Below are positions 56,000 to 64,000 of a stretch of DNA of 64,000 nucleotides, one piece after another. Source of the stretch: Lentisphaeria bacterium UBA1732 (GTDB taxonomy: Bacteria; Verrucomicrobiota; Lentisphaeria; Victivallales; UBA1829). The notes under the pieces were generated by a model. That model saw only the letters and a program-made list of their open reading frames with translations. It was not told where the DNA came from and searched no databases. Every line of letters starts with the position of its first letter. The stretch's first letter is position 1. The DNA lies in the NCBI GenBank assembly GCA_002315855.1, contig DCIG01000013.1, positions 1,522 through 65,521 of the forward strand. The letters run 5' to 3'. Made by a program: the position numbers and the translations under genes.

Positions 56000-56156
56000 G
56001 AACTGATCTCGAAAGTTATTGACGGAATTTTTTGAAAATGTTTCTTCGCGCAGTTGTCGGGAGTAGTTTGAGGTGGCGGCTGAGACAGTAACCGCCCAAA
56101 ACGCTCTCATGACAGATGACAAAGAGAATTTCAAATATCCCGGCAGAACTTTTGAA
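56000..56156 (-). repeat. Conserved noncoding element, copy B (glgC leader)
   Basis: See copy A. It has the same blocks in the same order and the same length, and ends 64 nt upstream of the glgC ATG. Confidence 0.6.
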
Positions 56157-56184
56157 ATTAGCTTCTTAAAAGAAGATCCACTAA

Positions 56185-56213
56185 ACAATAACATCCTTGT
56201 CTCTATTTTTCAA
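56185..56213 (-). promoter_or_regulatory. Candidate sigma-70-like promoter of glgC, upstream of element B
   Basis: On the minus strand: TTGAAA (56213-56208), 17 nt, TATTGT (56190-56185). Confidence 0.35.
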
Positions 56214-56270
56214 GAGCACGATGTGGAAATTTTTCGTTTTTGTATGCTCCGTTTTTGGGACTGCGGCACC

Positions 56271-58160
56271 TCACAGCCCAGGAACAGTCATTTGTTCGGC
56301 TTTCTTTACCCACATCGCATTTTCAAACAGCCCTGCCGCAAAAACATTTGCGTTCTGGTAACGCGAATTAAGCACAAACAAATCATACCCGTTGAACAAA
56401 AACAGATACGGTGTTTCCTCGTGAATCAGACGGTGGAACTGATGATAAAGCTCATTCCGTTTCTTCGGGTCGAAACACTGCCGGATTTCCATGATCAGCC
56501 TGTCGGCCTCCGCATTGTTGAACGAAATATAGTTGCTGGATGCTTCCTGCTTCAGTCCGTCCGAATGCCACAGCTGATACGGGTCAGGGTCGGATATGCT
56601 CATCCTCCATGCCAGAATCACCGCATCAAACTGTTTTTTGTCCACGCGTTCCAGCATGACGGACCATTCCAGTGCCAGAATCTCCATTTTCACGCCCGCT
56701 TTCGCCATGTCTTCCTTGATGATGGGAAGCATTTTCGCATAACTCTCTGCGGTATTCGGATAAATCACCGTAAATTGCAGAGGCCGCCCGTCCAAATCCA
56801 GAACGCCGTCCCCGTTCGTATCCTTCCACCCCGCCTCGCTCAACAGCTTTTTTGCAGTTTCGATACTGTACGGATAAGGCTCGATGCTCTCGTCGTATGC
56901 CGGTGAATTGATGTAGAATGGTCCTGATACCGGTCGCGCCAGATCATGCAGGATGTCATGGATAATCCGCTTGCGGTCCACCAGATGGCTCAGTGCCTGC
57001 CGCGTCCGCTTGTCCTGAAACACCGGATTCGTCTGATTCAGCCCGATATGGCTGTACGAGAAACTCGGCAGTTTGAGCTTTTTCAGGAATCCCGTCTTTT
57101 CGTCGAATTCCGGCGTATCCGTGCGCGTCATCCATTGTTCCGCCGTCAGCGAATCCGCGTCTATATCCTTTGATTTCAGTGCTTGCAGCCGCGTATTCGG
57201 GTGCTGAATCAGGTCAAACACCATGTATTTGATGGACGGCATGAATCCCTGTGTCCGCCCGTAGTATTTTTCAAATCTGCGGAAAATCACTCGTTTCCCC
57301 TTTTCCCATTTCTCGAACTGATACGGCCCGCATCCCACAATCATCCGGTTGCGCTCATTGTCGTCGTTGAATTTCGCACCGTCGAACTCGCCCTCGTAGT
57401 CGTAGTAGAAATGTTTCGGCAGCGGCTGAAGTCCCAGCGTGATTTCCCGCGAAAGCATGTACGGCTTCGTCCATATCACATCAAATTCGTAGTCGTTTTT
57501 CACCTCGATACGGTCAATGTCCGCCAGATACGACCTCAACGGCACCGCATCCACTTTCTCATTCTTCACCACGTCCACGAAAAATTTGAAATCCGTAGCC
57601 GTTACTTCCACATTTTTCCATTCTTTTTTTGTAACCGGATCGGTGAAATCATGCCACAGTATCCCTTTCCGCAGTTTGATATGATAGACCAGCTGATCCT
57701 CCGAAACACTCCATGACTCCGCCATTTTCGGCACAAACTCGTCCAGATTCTTCAGATTCCGTTCCGCCAGCGAATCGTAGGTGATTCCCCAGAAATCCGA
57801 CACTGTCGCATCGTTGTTCAGGAGCATGTTCATGTTGCCTGTATCGGACGAAATCGCCTTGATGTAGCGTCCCCCCGCGTCCGCATTCGCATCGAAAAAT
57901 TCTGCATTGCCGGGCTTCACGTCCCCTGTGGATTCTGTATGCTGCGCCGCACCGCTTCCGGCGATGGATAATCCCGTCATCCCGATACCGGTGATGTTCA
58001 CGCTGTCCAGTTTTTCGCTGATTTCCGCCAGTCTCTTTTCCAGATTCTCTGTGTGATAGCGCAGCTGATCGAATGCTGTTACCAGCGAATACCCGAAGAA
58101 CACGATTGCCAGAAAACACAGCACCAGCAGTGTTGTGATCATTGGATTTTTATTGGACAT
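56271..58160 (-). CDS. ABC-transporter substrate-binding protein, family 5 (peptide/oligosaccharide-type), membrane-anchored
   Basis: The SBP_bac_5-like core is present, with an N-terminal TM anchor MITTLLVLCFLAIVFFGY. The ATG at 58160 has a GGAAAGGTG RBS. Confidence 0.8.
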   Translation of the reverse strand: MSNKNPMITTLLVLCFLAIVFFGYSLVTAFDQLRYHTENLEKRLAEISEKLDSVNITGIGMTGLSIAGSGAAQHTESTGDVKPGNAEFFDANADAGGRYIKAISSDTGNMNMLLNNDATVSDFWGITYDSLAERNLKNLDEFVPKMAESWSVSEDQLVYHIKLRKGILWHDFTDPVTKKEWKNVEVTATDFKFFVDVVKNEKVDAVPLRSYLADIDRIEVKNDYEFDVIWTKPYMLSREITLGLQPLPKHFYYDYEGEFDGAKFNDDNERNRMIVGCGPYQFEKWEKGKRVIFRRFEKYYGRTQGFMPSIKYMVFDLIQHPNTRLQALKSKDIDADSLTAEQWMTRTDTPEFDEKTGFLKKLKLPSFSYSHIGLNQTNPVFQDKRTRQALSHLVDRKRIIHDILHDLARPVSGPFYINSPAYDESIEPYPYSIETAKKLLSEAGWKDTNGDGVLDLDGRPLQFTVIYPNTAESYAKMLPIIKEDMAKAGVKMEILALEWSVMLERVDKKQFDAVILAWRMSISDPDPYQLWHSDGLKQEASSNYISFNNAEADRLIMEIRQCFDPKKRNELYHQFHRLIHEETPYLFLFNGYDLFVLNSRYQNANVFAAGLFENAMWVKKAEQMTVPGL

Positions 58161-58195
58161 AAAACACCTTTCCAAAATTAGGATTGCTCCTCATC

Positions 58196-59068
58196 TTATG
58201 CTTGAATAACCTCATCAAATAGTACTTTTCCCTTGTAGTCAATTACAAAAAAGAGTGAAGTATTCAGTGTTGCCACAAAACCGTTTTGAAAAATTATCTG
58301 TTCATTTCTGAATATCTCTTTTTGTTCGGAAAGCTCACGAAATGAATTATAATCAATACCTCTCCAGCAATGAGACGAGATACTGTTTAGTTTGAAAATA
58401 TTCATTTTGATTAACTGCTTGAAATTCTCAGCAGTAAAATTTCTTGCATTATTGTATCGTAAACCATTTTTACGGACATAATCTTTATAGGTTGAATACT
58501 TGTCGTTTTTTTTGAAAAGAAGACCGAAACAAACAAATCTTTTTTGATATTCCTCATCAAAAAATGACTTGCAGTCTTTATAGGACTCCAGCATCGGATA
58601 ATTTAAGTATAGTTTTCCTCTTTTTAGATTCGTTTCATCACAGAAAAAATCAAGCATTTCGTTCAATTCTGCACTGTTTCTCTTTACAATGGAAATGATA
58701 TTTTGATCTGTTAATTCATTCCGTTTTTCACAGACAGTGGTATGATGAATTTCACAGTCGAAAAAAAGATAAATGGAAGAAAATTGCTTTTTCTCAAGAA
58801 TATTCAAATATTCTTGGATTTTCTCAATTTCTTTTTTTCGCGTTTTCCCCTGTCTATCAAATAAATTCAGCGTTTTTTGATAACTCTCTCTTAAAACAGA
58901 TACAATGTCTAAAAAGCCATTGTCCTCTTTCAATAAAACATAAAGTTTGTGAATATTAAAGCCCACGATGGACATTTCACAGCTGATTTGAAATCGTGAT
59001 GTGAGAGAACTCAAAAAAATGGAATCAGCCTCGCCTTCTACTATGAACAATATGGAATCCTTTCTCAT
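58196..59068 (-). CDS. TOPRIM-like protein (RloB/AbiLii- or DUF4435/AriB-like), partner of the upstream ATPase
   Basis: N-terminal ILFIVEGEADSIF and a later acidic cluster IYLFFDCEIHH. The start overlaps the ATPase stop (ATGA). Confidence 0.5.
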   Translation of the reverse strand: MRKDSILFIVEGEADSIFLSSLTSRFQISCEMSIVGFNIHKLYVLLKEDNGFLDIVSVLRESYQKTLNLFDRQGKTRKKEIEKIQEYLNILEKKQFSSIYLFFDCEIHHTTVCEKRNELTDQNIISIVKRNSAELNEMLDFFCDETNLKRGKLYLNYPMLESYKDCKSFFDEEYQKRFVCFGLLFKKNDKYSTYKDYVRKNGLRYNNARNFTAENFKQLIKMNIFKLNSISSHCWRGIDYNSFRELSEQKEIFRNEQIIFQNGFVATLNTSLFFVIDYKGKVLFDEVIQA

Positions 59069-60174
59069 TCCGAAAATGCTCCATTCACATACAGAGTTTC
59101 CAGATTGTGTGCTTCTCTCAATTCCCGTTCTGTCGAGTTTTTAAGGCATTTAATTGCTTTTTTAGTTATTAGAAAGCAACAGTCCGGTCTCGTAAATTGA
59201 TTTTGCATCAAATACGTGTCATGAGTCGTCAAAATTGTCTGAATCTCGCTGTTCCCGTTAAGCAGTTTTACAACTTCTTTTGCCGCTTCATAATGATAAA
59301 AAGCGTCAAATTCATCAATAAACATGAAAGACAAATTATCTTTTCCAACTACAGAATACCAATAAAACAATAACCATAATGCCCGTGTCCCCGCTGATGC
59401 AATAAAACTGAAGATTGCTTTATTTTTCCGCTTGTCAAAATACGCATACAATGTATGGCATCCGTTATTTACCTCAAAATCCAAATCGTATGGCAAATCA
59501 AATTTCTTCAAAAAGGATTGAAAATCTTTTAGCTTTTCACTTTTGAATAATGCTTCGTCTAAAATCTCTCCACCGTTTTTTAAGCCGCAATAAGTGTTTC
59601 CATCGGATGAAGAACGAAACCATAGCATCCCATTGCAGAAATTCATCAACTCCGTCAGAATAGGCGAAGTCCCGCTTGGTGTGTTGTTATAAATATACTT
59701 GATGACAGAGAGTTTATTGTCTGGTAAAGACACATTCAAAGTCCCTTTGAGTGTGTCATCCACAAATTGTTTTTCCGAATTCCTGTAATCATAGTCAATA
59801 AGTACCTTCCTCCCGACTTTTATCTTCTCATACAGTAACTCCATACTTCTGCTTTTTCCGTATGAATAGGTTACTTCTCCGCACGAAAACGAAAAAGTAT
59901 AAGTAAATGATACTTCCTCTTTTGATTCATTTAAATTACTATAATATTCTAAAAATTTTTCAGATAATTTTTGTTTATCCGTTAAGTGTTGAACAATATC
60001 GAAGATTGCAAGACCTAATGACGTTTTTCCGCTTCCGTTTTTTCCATAAATCAAAGCCTTGTTGACAATATCGTCTTTGACCAATTCCTGATTAAAAGAA
60101 TAATCAGACGCAGTTAAGTCAAACGTTAAGTCCTTAAAACATTTGAAATTTTTGACTCTGATTTTCTTCAGCAT
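59065..60174 (-). CDS. ABC/SMC-type AAA ATPase (AAA_15/AAA_21-like; OLD/AbiLi/AriA-like)
   Basis: Walker A GKNGSGKTS at about aa 45. Walker B/D-loop region FMFIDEFDAFYH and H-loop-like LTTHD near the C-terminus. A GGAGAA RBS is present. Confidence 0.75.
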   Translation of the reverse strand: MLKKIRVKNFKCFKDLTFDLTASDYSFNQELVKDDIVNKALIYGKNGSGKTSLGLAIFDIVQHLTDKQKLSEKFLEYYSNLNESKEEVSFTYTFSFSCGEVTYSYGKSRSMELLYEKIKVGRKVLIDYDYRNSEKQFVDDTLKGTLNVSLPDNKLSVIKYIYNNTPSGTSPILTELMNFCNGMLWFRSSSDGNTYCGLKNGGEILDEALFKSEKLKDFQSFLKKFDLPYDLDFEVNNGCHTLYAYFDKRKNKAIFSFIASAGTRALWLLFYWYSVVGKDNLSFMFIDEFDAFYHYEAAKEVVKLLNGNSEIQTILTTHDTYLMQNQFTRPDCCFLITKKAIKCLKNSTERELREAHNLETLYVNGAFSE

Positions 60175-60474
60175 GATTGTTCTCCATTGGTCCCTTTTAT
60201 GGTTGTGTTGTAGTGAATAAGCATATTTTCTAAAAATAACCGAAACATAATAACTGTATGTACCATGTTCCCCCCGTTATTGTTTCGTTTATCTCCATTA
60301 TTATAGCATAGTACACAGCCTTTTTCAAACTTATTCCCCAAAAAACAATAAAAATTGTCTTTCTCCTCCATTTTTTCCGTTTAATTCATCCTTTCAAGTT
60401 GATTATCACGCCGTTTATGCTATCTTACATTATATCCATTTTGAAATTCTTCTCCTGAAAAAACGGTATATCCC

Positions 60475-61308
60475 ATGGAAAAATTATCCTCTGCCTCCCC
60501 CTGCTGCGGTTGCGAATCTCAGCCGCTTTCTGCTCCCGCCCCTGACCAAAGCGCGGAAACGCCTGTTTCTTCCTCATCCTCAATCACTCCGCTCCCGAAA
60601 TACTGCATTCTCAGCGGCAGCATGATGAAACTCATTGCCGTCATCACCATGACGATTGACCATATCGGTTACTACATCATGCGTTATTATGACCAATGTT
60701 TCGTTTCTTTTTTCAAAATCGGCTCTTACGACTTCACTGCCTACTATCTTTCCCGCACCATCGGACGCATTGCCTTCCCCATTTTCTGCTTCCTGATTAC
60801 GGAGGGTTTCCTGCACACCCGCAACCGCCTCCGCTACGGCTTCCGGCTTCTCCTTTTCGCTCTGGCCTCCGAAATCCCTTTCCACTTGGCCGCCAATGCC
60901 AAGCTCTATGAAAACGATAGTCATAACGTCTTTTTCACACTCTTTTTAGGTTATTTGGGCCTTTGTGCCGTGGAATATTTCCGCCGTAAAAAATCTCTTC
61001 AGATTGTCTCCGTCGTTCTCCTGTTCCTGATTGCCGGTCATGCAAACTGCGATTACATGCACCAGGGCTTCTGCTTCATTCTGCTCATGTATTATCTGCG
61101 CTCCTGCCGCATTGTGCAGGCCGTTGCCGGCAGCGCACTCCTGCCCAATCCTCTGGGTGTCCTCCTTGCCTTTATCCCCATCAATCTTTACAACGGCAAA
61201 CGCGGCTTCATTCAGCACCCCGTTCTGCAATATCTCTTCTATCTGTTTTATCCCGTTCACCTCCTCATTATCTACTACTTCGCACATTACAGTCTTCACC
61301 TCATCTGA
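60475..61308 (+). CDS. traX: TraX-family membrane protein
   Basis: MKLIAVITMTIDHIGYY and a multi-TM body. The first ~50 aa (Ser/Pro/Cys-rich) may not be translated; an alternative ATG lies at 60622. Confidence 0.7.
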   Translation: MEKLSSASPCCGCESQPLSAPAPDQSAETPVSSSSSITPLPKYCILSGSMMKLIAVITMTIDHIGYYIMRYYDQCFVSFFKIGSYDFTAYYLSRTIGRIAFPIFCFLITEGFLHTRNRLRYGFRLLLFALASEIPFHLAANAKLYENDSHNVFFTLFLGYLGLCAVEYFRRKKSLQIVSVVLLFLIAGHANCDYMHQGFCFILLMYYLRSCRIVQAVAGSALLPNPLGVLLAFIPINLYNGKRGFIQHPVLQYLFYLFYPVHLLIIYYFAHYSLHLI

Positions 61309-61328
61309 ACTCACCGCAAGCACATCCC

Positions 61329-63521
61329 ATGCACTCGAAATCTCTTGTTCTTTCCGTTCTCCTGTTTGCCGGGGCATTCGCTCCGTGCGTTCTGTCTGCT
61401 TCCGACTTGAAACTCTACGAAAACACCCCCGGCTCCTCATGGGAATCTGAGTTTTACCCCGTCGGAAACGGCACGCTCGGTGCCATGACCAATGGCGGCA
61501 TCGAACGCGATGAACTCCAGCTCAACATTGATTCCCTTTGGACTGGTGATGACTGCCCCGACGGCAATTACGACAAAATGGGGAGCTACCAGAATTTCGG
61601 CAGTCTCTTCGTCCGGTTTGAAAACATGTCCGATGTTTCGGACTACCGCCGCGAACTCGATTTGGAAGAGGCCGTCATTGAAACCGAAATGAACGTCAAT
61701 CGCCTCAAACACGAGCGCAAACTCTTCATCAGTGCCCCCGACAAAGTTCTCTGCTACACGGTCGAATCCGAACAGAAGGTTTCCGGTTCCGTTTCATTCG
61801 CTCCTGCACAGCGCGGCTGTCAGATCACCGCTGCCCGGGATATGCTCACCATCAGTGGCAAAATTCCCGGAAACAATCTTCAATACCGCGGTCTTCTCCT
61901 CCTCACGGGCGATGGCGCAATCTCCTCGGAGGACAATCAAATCGTTTTCCGCAACTGCAAAAATCTCCGTCTTCTGTTTACCGCAGACACAGATTACGCC
62001 CTCTCTGCCGCCTCAAATTTCCGCAATCCCGCCAAACTTGCCGCCCTCGACTCCATCCTGAATCACGCGTCCGCCCGTTCCGATGATGAACTGGAGGAAC
62101 GCCACAAAAAAGATTATGCCCGCTATTTCGACCGCGTCGAATTTGAGCTGGAAAACCACGATGCCGATCTCCCGACCTCCAAACGCATTGCCAATGCGAA
62201 ACAGGGCAGATTCGATACTGTGCTCCCCGTTTTGATGTTCCAGTATGGACGGTATCTGCTGATTTCCAGCAGCCGCCCCGGCTCGCTCCCTGCCAACTTG
62301 CAGGGTATTTGGAACAACTCGAACAATCCCGCCTGGCACAGCGACTATCACACAAACATCAACATCCAGATGAATTACTGGGGTGCCGAACCTGCCAATC
62401 TTCCCGAAATGCACCGGCCGCTCTTCGATTTCCTCCGCGAAAGCATTCCCGCCGCCTCTGCCGCCGTCAAACGTGAATTTCCCGGCAATGACGGCTTTGC
62501 TTTCCGCACCAGCATGAATCCTTTCGGCGGCATGGGCTGGAAATGGAACTGGCCTGGCGCCGCCTGGCTGGCGATGCACATGCACCTGCACTGGCAATAC
62601 ACCGCTGACCTCGATTTCCTGAAAAATGAAGCATATCCCTACTATCAGGGCTGCGCTCGTTTTTGGGTCAAGTACCTGAAAACGCGCCCCGATGGCACGG
62701 TTGTCGTCCCGAATGGATGGTCGCCGGAACACGGCCCCGCCGAGGATGGCATCGCTCACGATCAGCAGATTGTCGCCGAGTTCTTCGATGCCTTCCTCTC
62801 TGCCTCGCACACCCTCAATATTCAGGACGAACTCGTTTCTCAGGTCGCCCGCCTTCGCAAAAAACTGCTCGGCCACAAAATCGGCAAATGGGGTCAGCTT
62901 CAGGAATGGGAAACCGACCGCGATGTCAAAGGCGATGAACACCGCCACACCTCGCATCTCTACGCCGTTTACCCCGGCTCATCCATCAATGCCGTGGAAA
63001 CTCCTGACTTCTTCCGCGCCGCCCGTGTCGCTTTGGAAGGCCGCACGCTGACCGGAGACTCCCGCCGTTCCTGGACGTGGCCTTGGCGTACTGCTTTGTG
63101 GGCTCGGTTCCGCGATGGCGTGAAAGCGCAGGAAATGATTCGCGGCTTGCTTCAGTTCAATACGCTTTCAAATCTTTTCACCAATCATCCGCCGTTCCAG
63201 ATGGACGGCAATTTCGGCTTCACGGGTGCGCTTTGCGAACTCTTCCTCCAGTGTCCCGGTGATGAAATCCACATCATGCCATGCTCTTTGCCGCAGGAAT
63301 GGAGTAAAGGCTCTCTCCGCGGTCTTTGTGCGAAAGGTGCTGTCACGGTGGATATTGATTGGGAAAATGGCAGCCCCTCAGAAGTTGTCCTTTCATCGAA
63401 AAAAAGCGCTTCCGTCAAGGTCGTTTTCCCCTCGAAAATGACTTATGGCGGACAGTCCTCCTCCGAATTTTCTCTGACCCTCCAACCCGGTACCCGCTAT
63501 CAGTTCAAAAATGCTCGTTGA
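61329..63521 (+). CDS. Glycoside hydrolase family 95, second paralogue, secreted
   Basis: SWESEFYPVGNGTLGAMTNGG...LQLNIDSLWTG and the GH95 core are present, with a signal peptide. Confidence 0.85.
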   Translation: MHSKSLVLSVLLFAGAFAPCVLSASDLKLYENTPGSSWESEFYPVGNGTLGAMTNGGIERDELQLNIDSLWTGDDCPDGNYDKMGSYQNFGSLFVRFENMSDVSDYRRELDLEEAVIETEMNVNRLKHERKLFISAPDKVLCYTVESEQKVSGSVSFAPAQRGCQITAARDMLTISGKIPGNNLQYRGLLLLTGDGAISSEDNQIVFRNCKNLRLLFTADTDYALSAASNFRNPAKLAALDSILNHASARSDDELEERHKKDYARYFDRVEFELENHDADLPTSKRIANAKQGRFDTVLPVLMFQYGRYLLISSSRPGSLPANLQGIWNNSNNPAWHSDYHTNINIQMNYWGAEPANLPEMHRPLFDFLRESIPAASAAVKREFPGNDGFAFRTSMNPFGGMGWKWNWPGAAWLAMHMHLHWQYTADLDFLKNEAYPYYQGCARFWVKYLKTRPDGTVVVPNGWSPEHGPAEDGIAHDQQIVAEFFDAFLSASHTLNIQDELVSQVARLRKKLLGHKIGKWGQLQEWETDRDVKGDEHRHTSHLYAVYPGSSINAVETPDFFRAARVALEGRTLTGDSRRSWTWPWRTALWARFRDGVKAQEMIRGLLQFNTLSNLFTNHPPFQMDGNFGFTGALCELFLQCPGDEIHIMPCSLPQEWSKGSLRGLCAKGAVTVDIDWENGSPSEVVLSSKKSASVKVVFPSKMTYGGQSSSEFSLTLQPGTRYQFKNAR

Positions 63522-63566
63522 AACTGATTCAGCTTTCCCCGTACCGTCTTTTAAGGAATTTTTATC

Positions 63567-64000
63567 ATGAAATGTTTGATTCTTGCCGCAGGTTATGCCA
63601 CCCGCCTTTATCCCCTCACGGAAAACTTCCCCAAACCTCTCCTCAAAATCGGCGATTCCGCGATTGTCGACTGGCTGGTCGATGACATTGACACGTCCGG
63701 TGTCGTGGATGAATACGCTGTCGTTACCAACCACAAATTCGCTCAGCATTTTCGCGATTGGGCGGCTGGGAAAAATCAGACCATCCGCGTTGTGGACGAT
63801 GGCACATCCACCAATGAAACACGCCTCGGCGCGGTCTGTGATATTCAGTTTGCCTTCGATGAGCTTGGCTGGGATGATGATATGCTGGTGATTGCCGGAG
63901 ACAATGTCCTCGACTTCAGCCTCACCGCCCTGCTTCGTTATGCGCAAACGAAAGGCACCAGCTGCATTATGCGCTACTTCGAGCCATCAGACAAAAAACT
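63567..64000 (+). CDS. Sugar-phosphate nucleotidyltransferase (NTP_transferase family), 3' end outside the window
   Basis: My own translation gives MKCLILAAGYATRLYPLTENFPKPLLKIGD..., with an AAGGA RBS 10 nt upstream. The frame is open to the window edge. Confidence 0.8.
   Translation, partial: MKCLILAAGYATRLYPLTENFPKPLLKIGDSAIVDWLVDDIDTSGVVDEYAVVTNHKFAQHFRDWAAGKNQTIRVVDDGTSTNETRLGAVCDIQFAFDELGWDDDMLVIAGDNVLDFSLTALLRYAQTKGTSCIMRYFEPSDKK

Larger units (their letters stand above)
58176..60420. other. Low-G+C islet (about 32% versus about 55% in the flanks)
   Basis: Hand counts of 60-nt lines give 32% at 58201-58260, 32% at 59461-59520, and 57% at 57001-57060. Confidence 0.7.

Noticed and set aside
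58176-60474. The islet considered as a mobile element (IS, integrative element or prophage remnant).
   Set aside because: I could find no transposase, integrase, tRNA target, or terminal inverted or direct repeats. Only the compositional deviation supports horizontal origin.
1-64000. A search for CRISPR arrays, rRNA/tRNA genes and sigma-54 (TGGCAC-N5-TTGC) promoters.
   Set aside because: No regularly spaced direct repeats, no tRNA-like T-arm/acceptor patterns in the intergenic regions, and no convincing -24/-12 element were seen by eye. A tRNAscan, Infernal or PWM scan would be needed to be definitive.

Overview
This 64-kb chromosomal window has about 55% G+C and is densely coded. It most likely comes from a Gram-negative anaerobe of the PVC group. 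A Lentisphaerota/Victivallales-like origin is inferred from an HX9DG-type prepilin-like protein, lpxK, Rex plus a HydABC hydrogenase, and many glycoside hydrolases. I found no rRNA, tRNA, CRISPR array, transposase or integrase.

Gene content, left to right:
- a domain-permuted GH3
- rex and a trimeric NuoE/NuoF-type [FeFe]-hydrogenase operon (hydCBA)
- a pectin/fucoside-degrading cluster (PL11, GH95, GH97)
- an HX9DG pseudopilin-like gene and yfcE
- a tight minus-strand string: rpoN, a large polytopic membrane protein, an alkaline-phosphatase-family protein, an XPB-like helicase and a DUF790/Bax1-like nuclease
- valS, then reverse rubrerythrin and perR behind a double 7-1-7 operator
- GT4 plus a WbaP-like priming transferase, lpxK, ppdK, a KamA-family radical SAM gene, metG and proS
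- DUF2752 plus three tandem zinc-ribbon membrane proteins
- rsmA, an FmdB-like gene, a CorA variant, serC, araBDA, a 2-hydroxyacid dehydrogenase, yihY, tauE, an HD hydrolase and glgC
- an orphan solute-binding protein, traX, a second GH95 and a partial sugar nucleotidyltransferase

Most interesting observations:
1. A roughly 2.2-kb islet of about 32% G+C (58.2-60.4 kb) carries an overlapping ABC/AAA-type ATPase and TOPRIM-like gene pair. This is a candidate split-OLD/PARIS/AbiL-like defence module.
2. A conserved noncoding element of about 155 nt lies in the leaders of araB and glgC. A divergent third copy is present, and a related 13-15-nt motif (TTTTGAAATCAGCTC) recurs in many intergenic regions.
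3. The bacterial XPB/Bax1-like pair sits inside the rpoN-led gene string.
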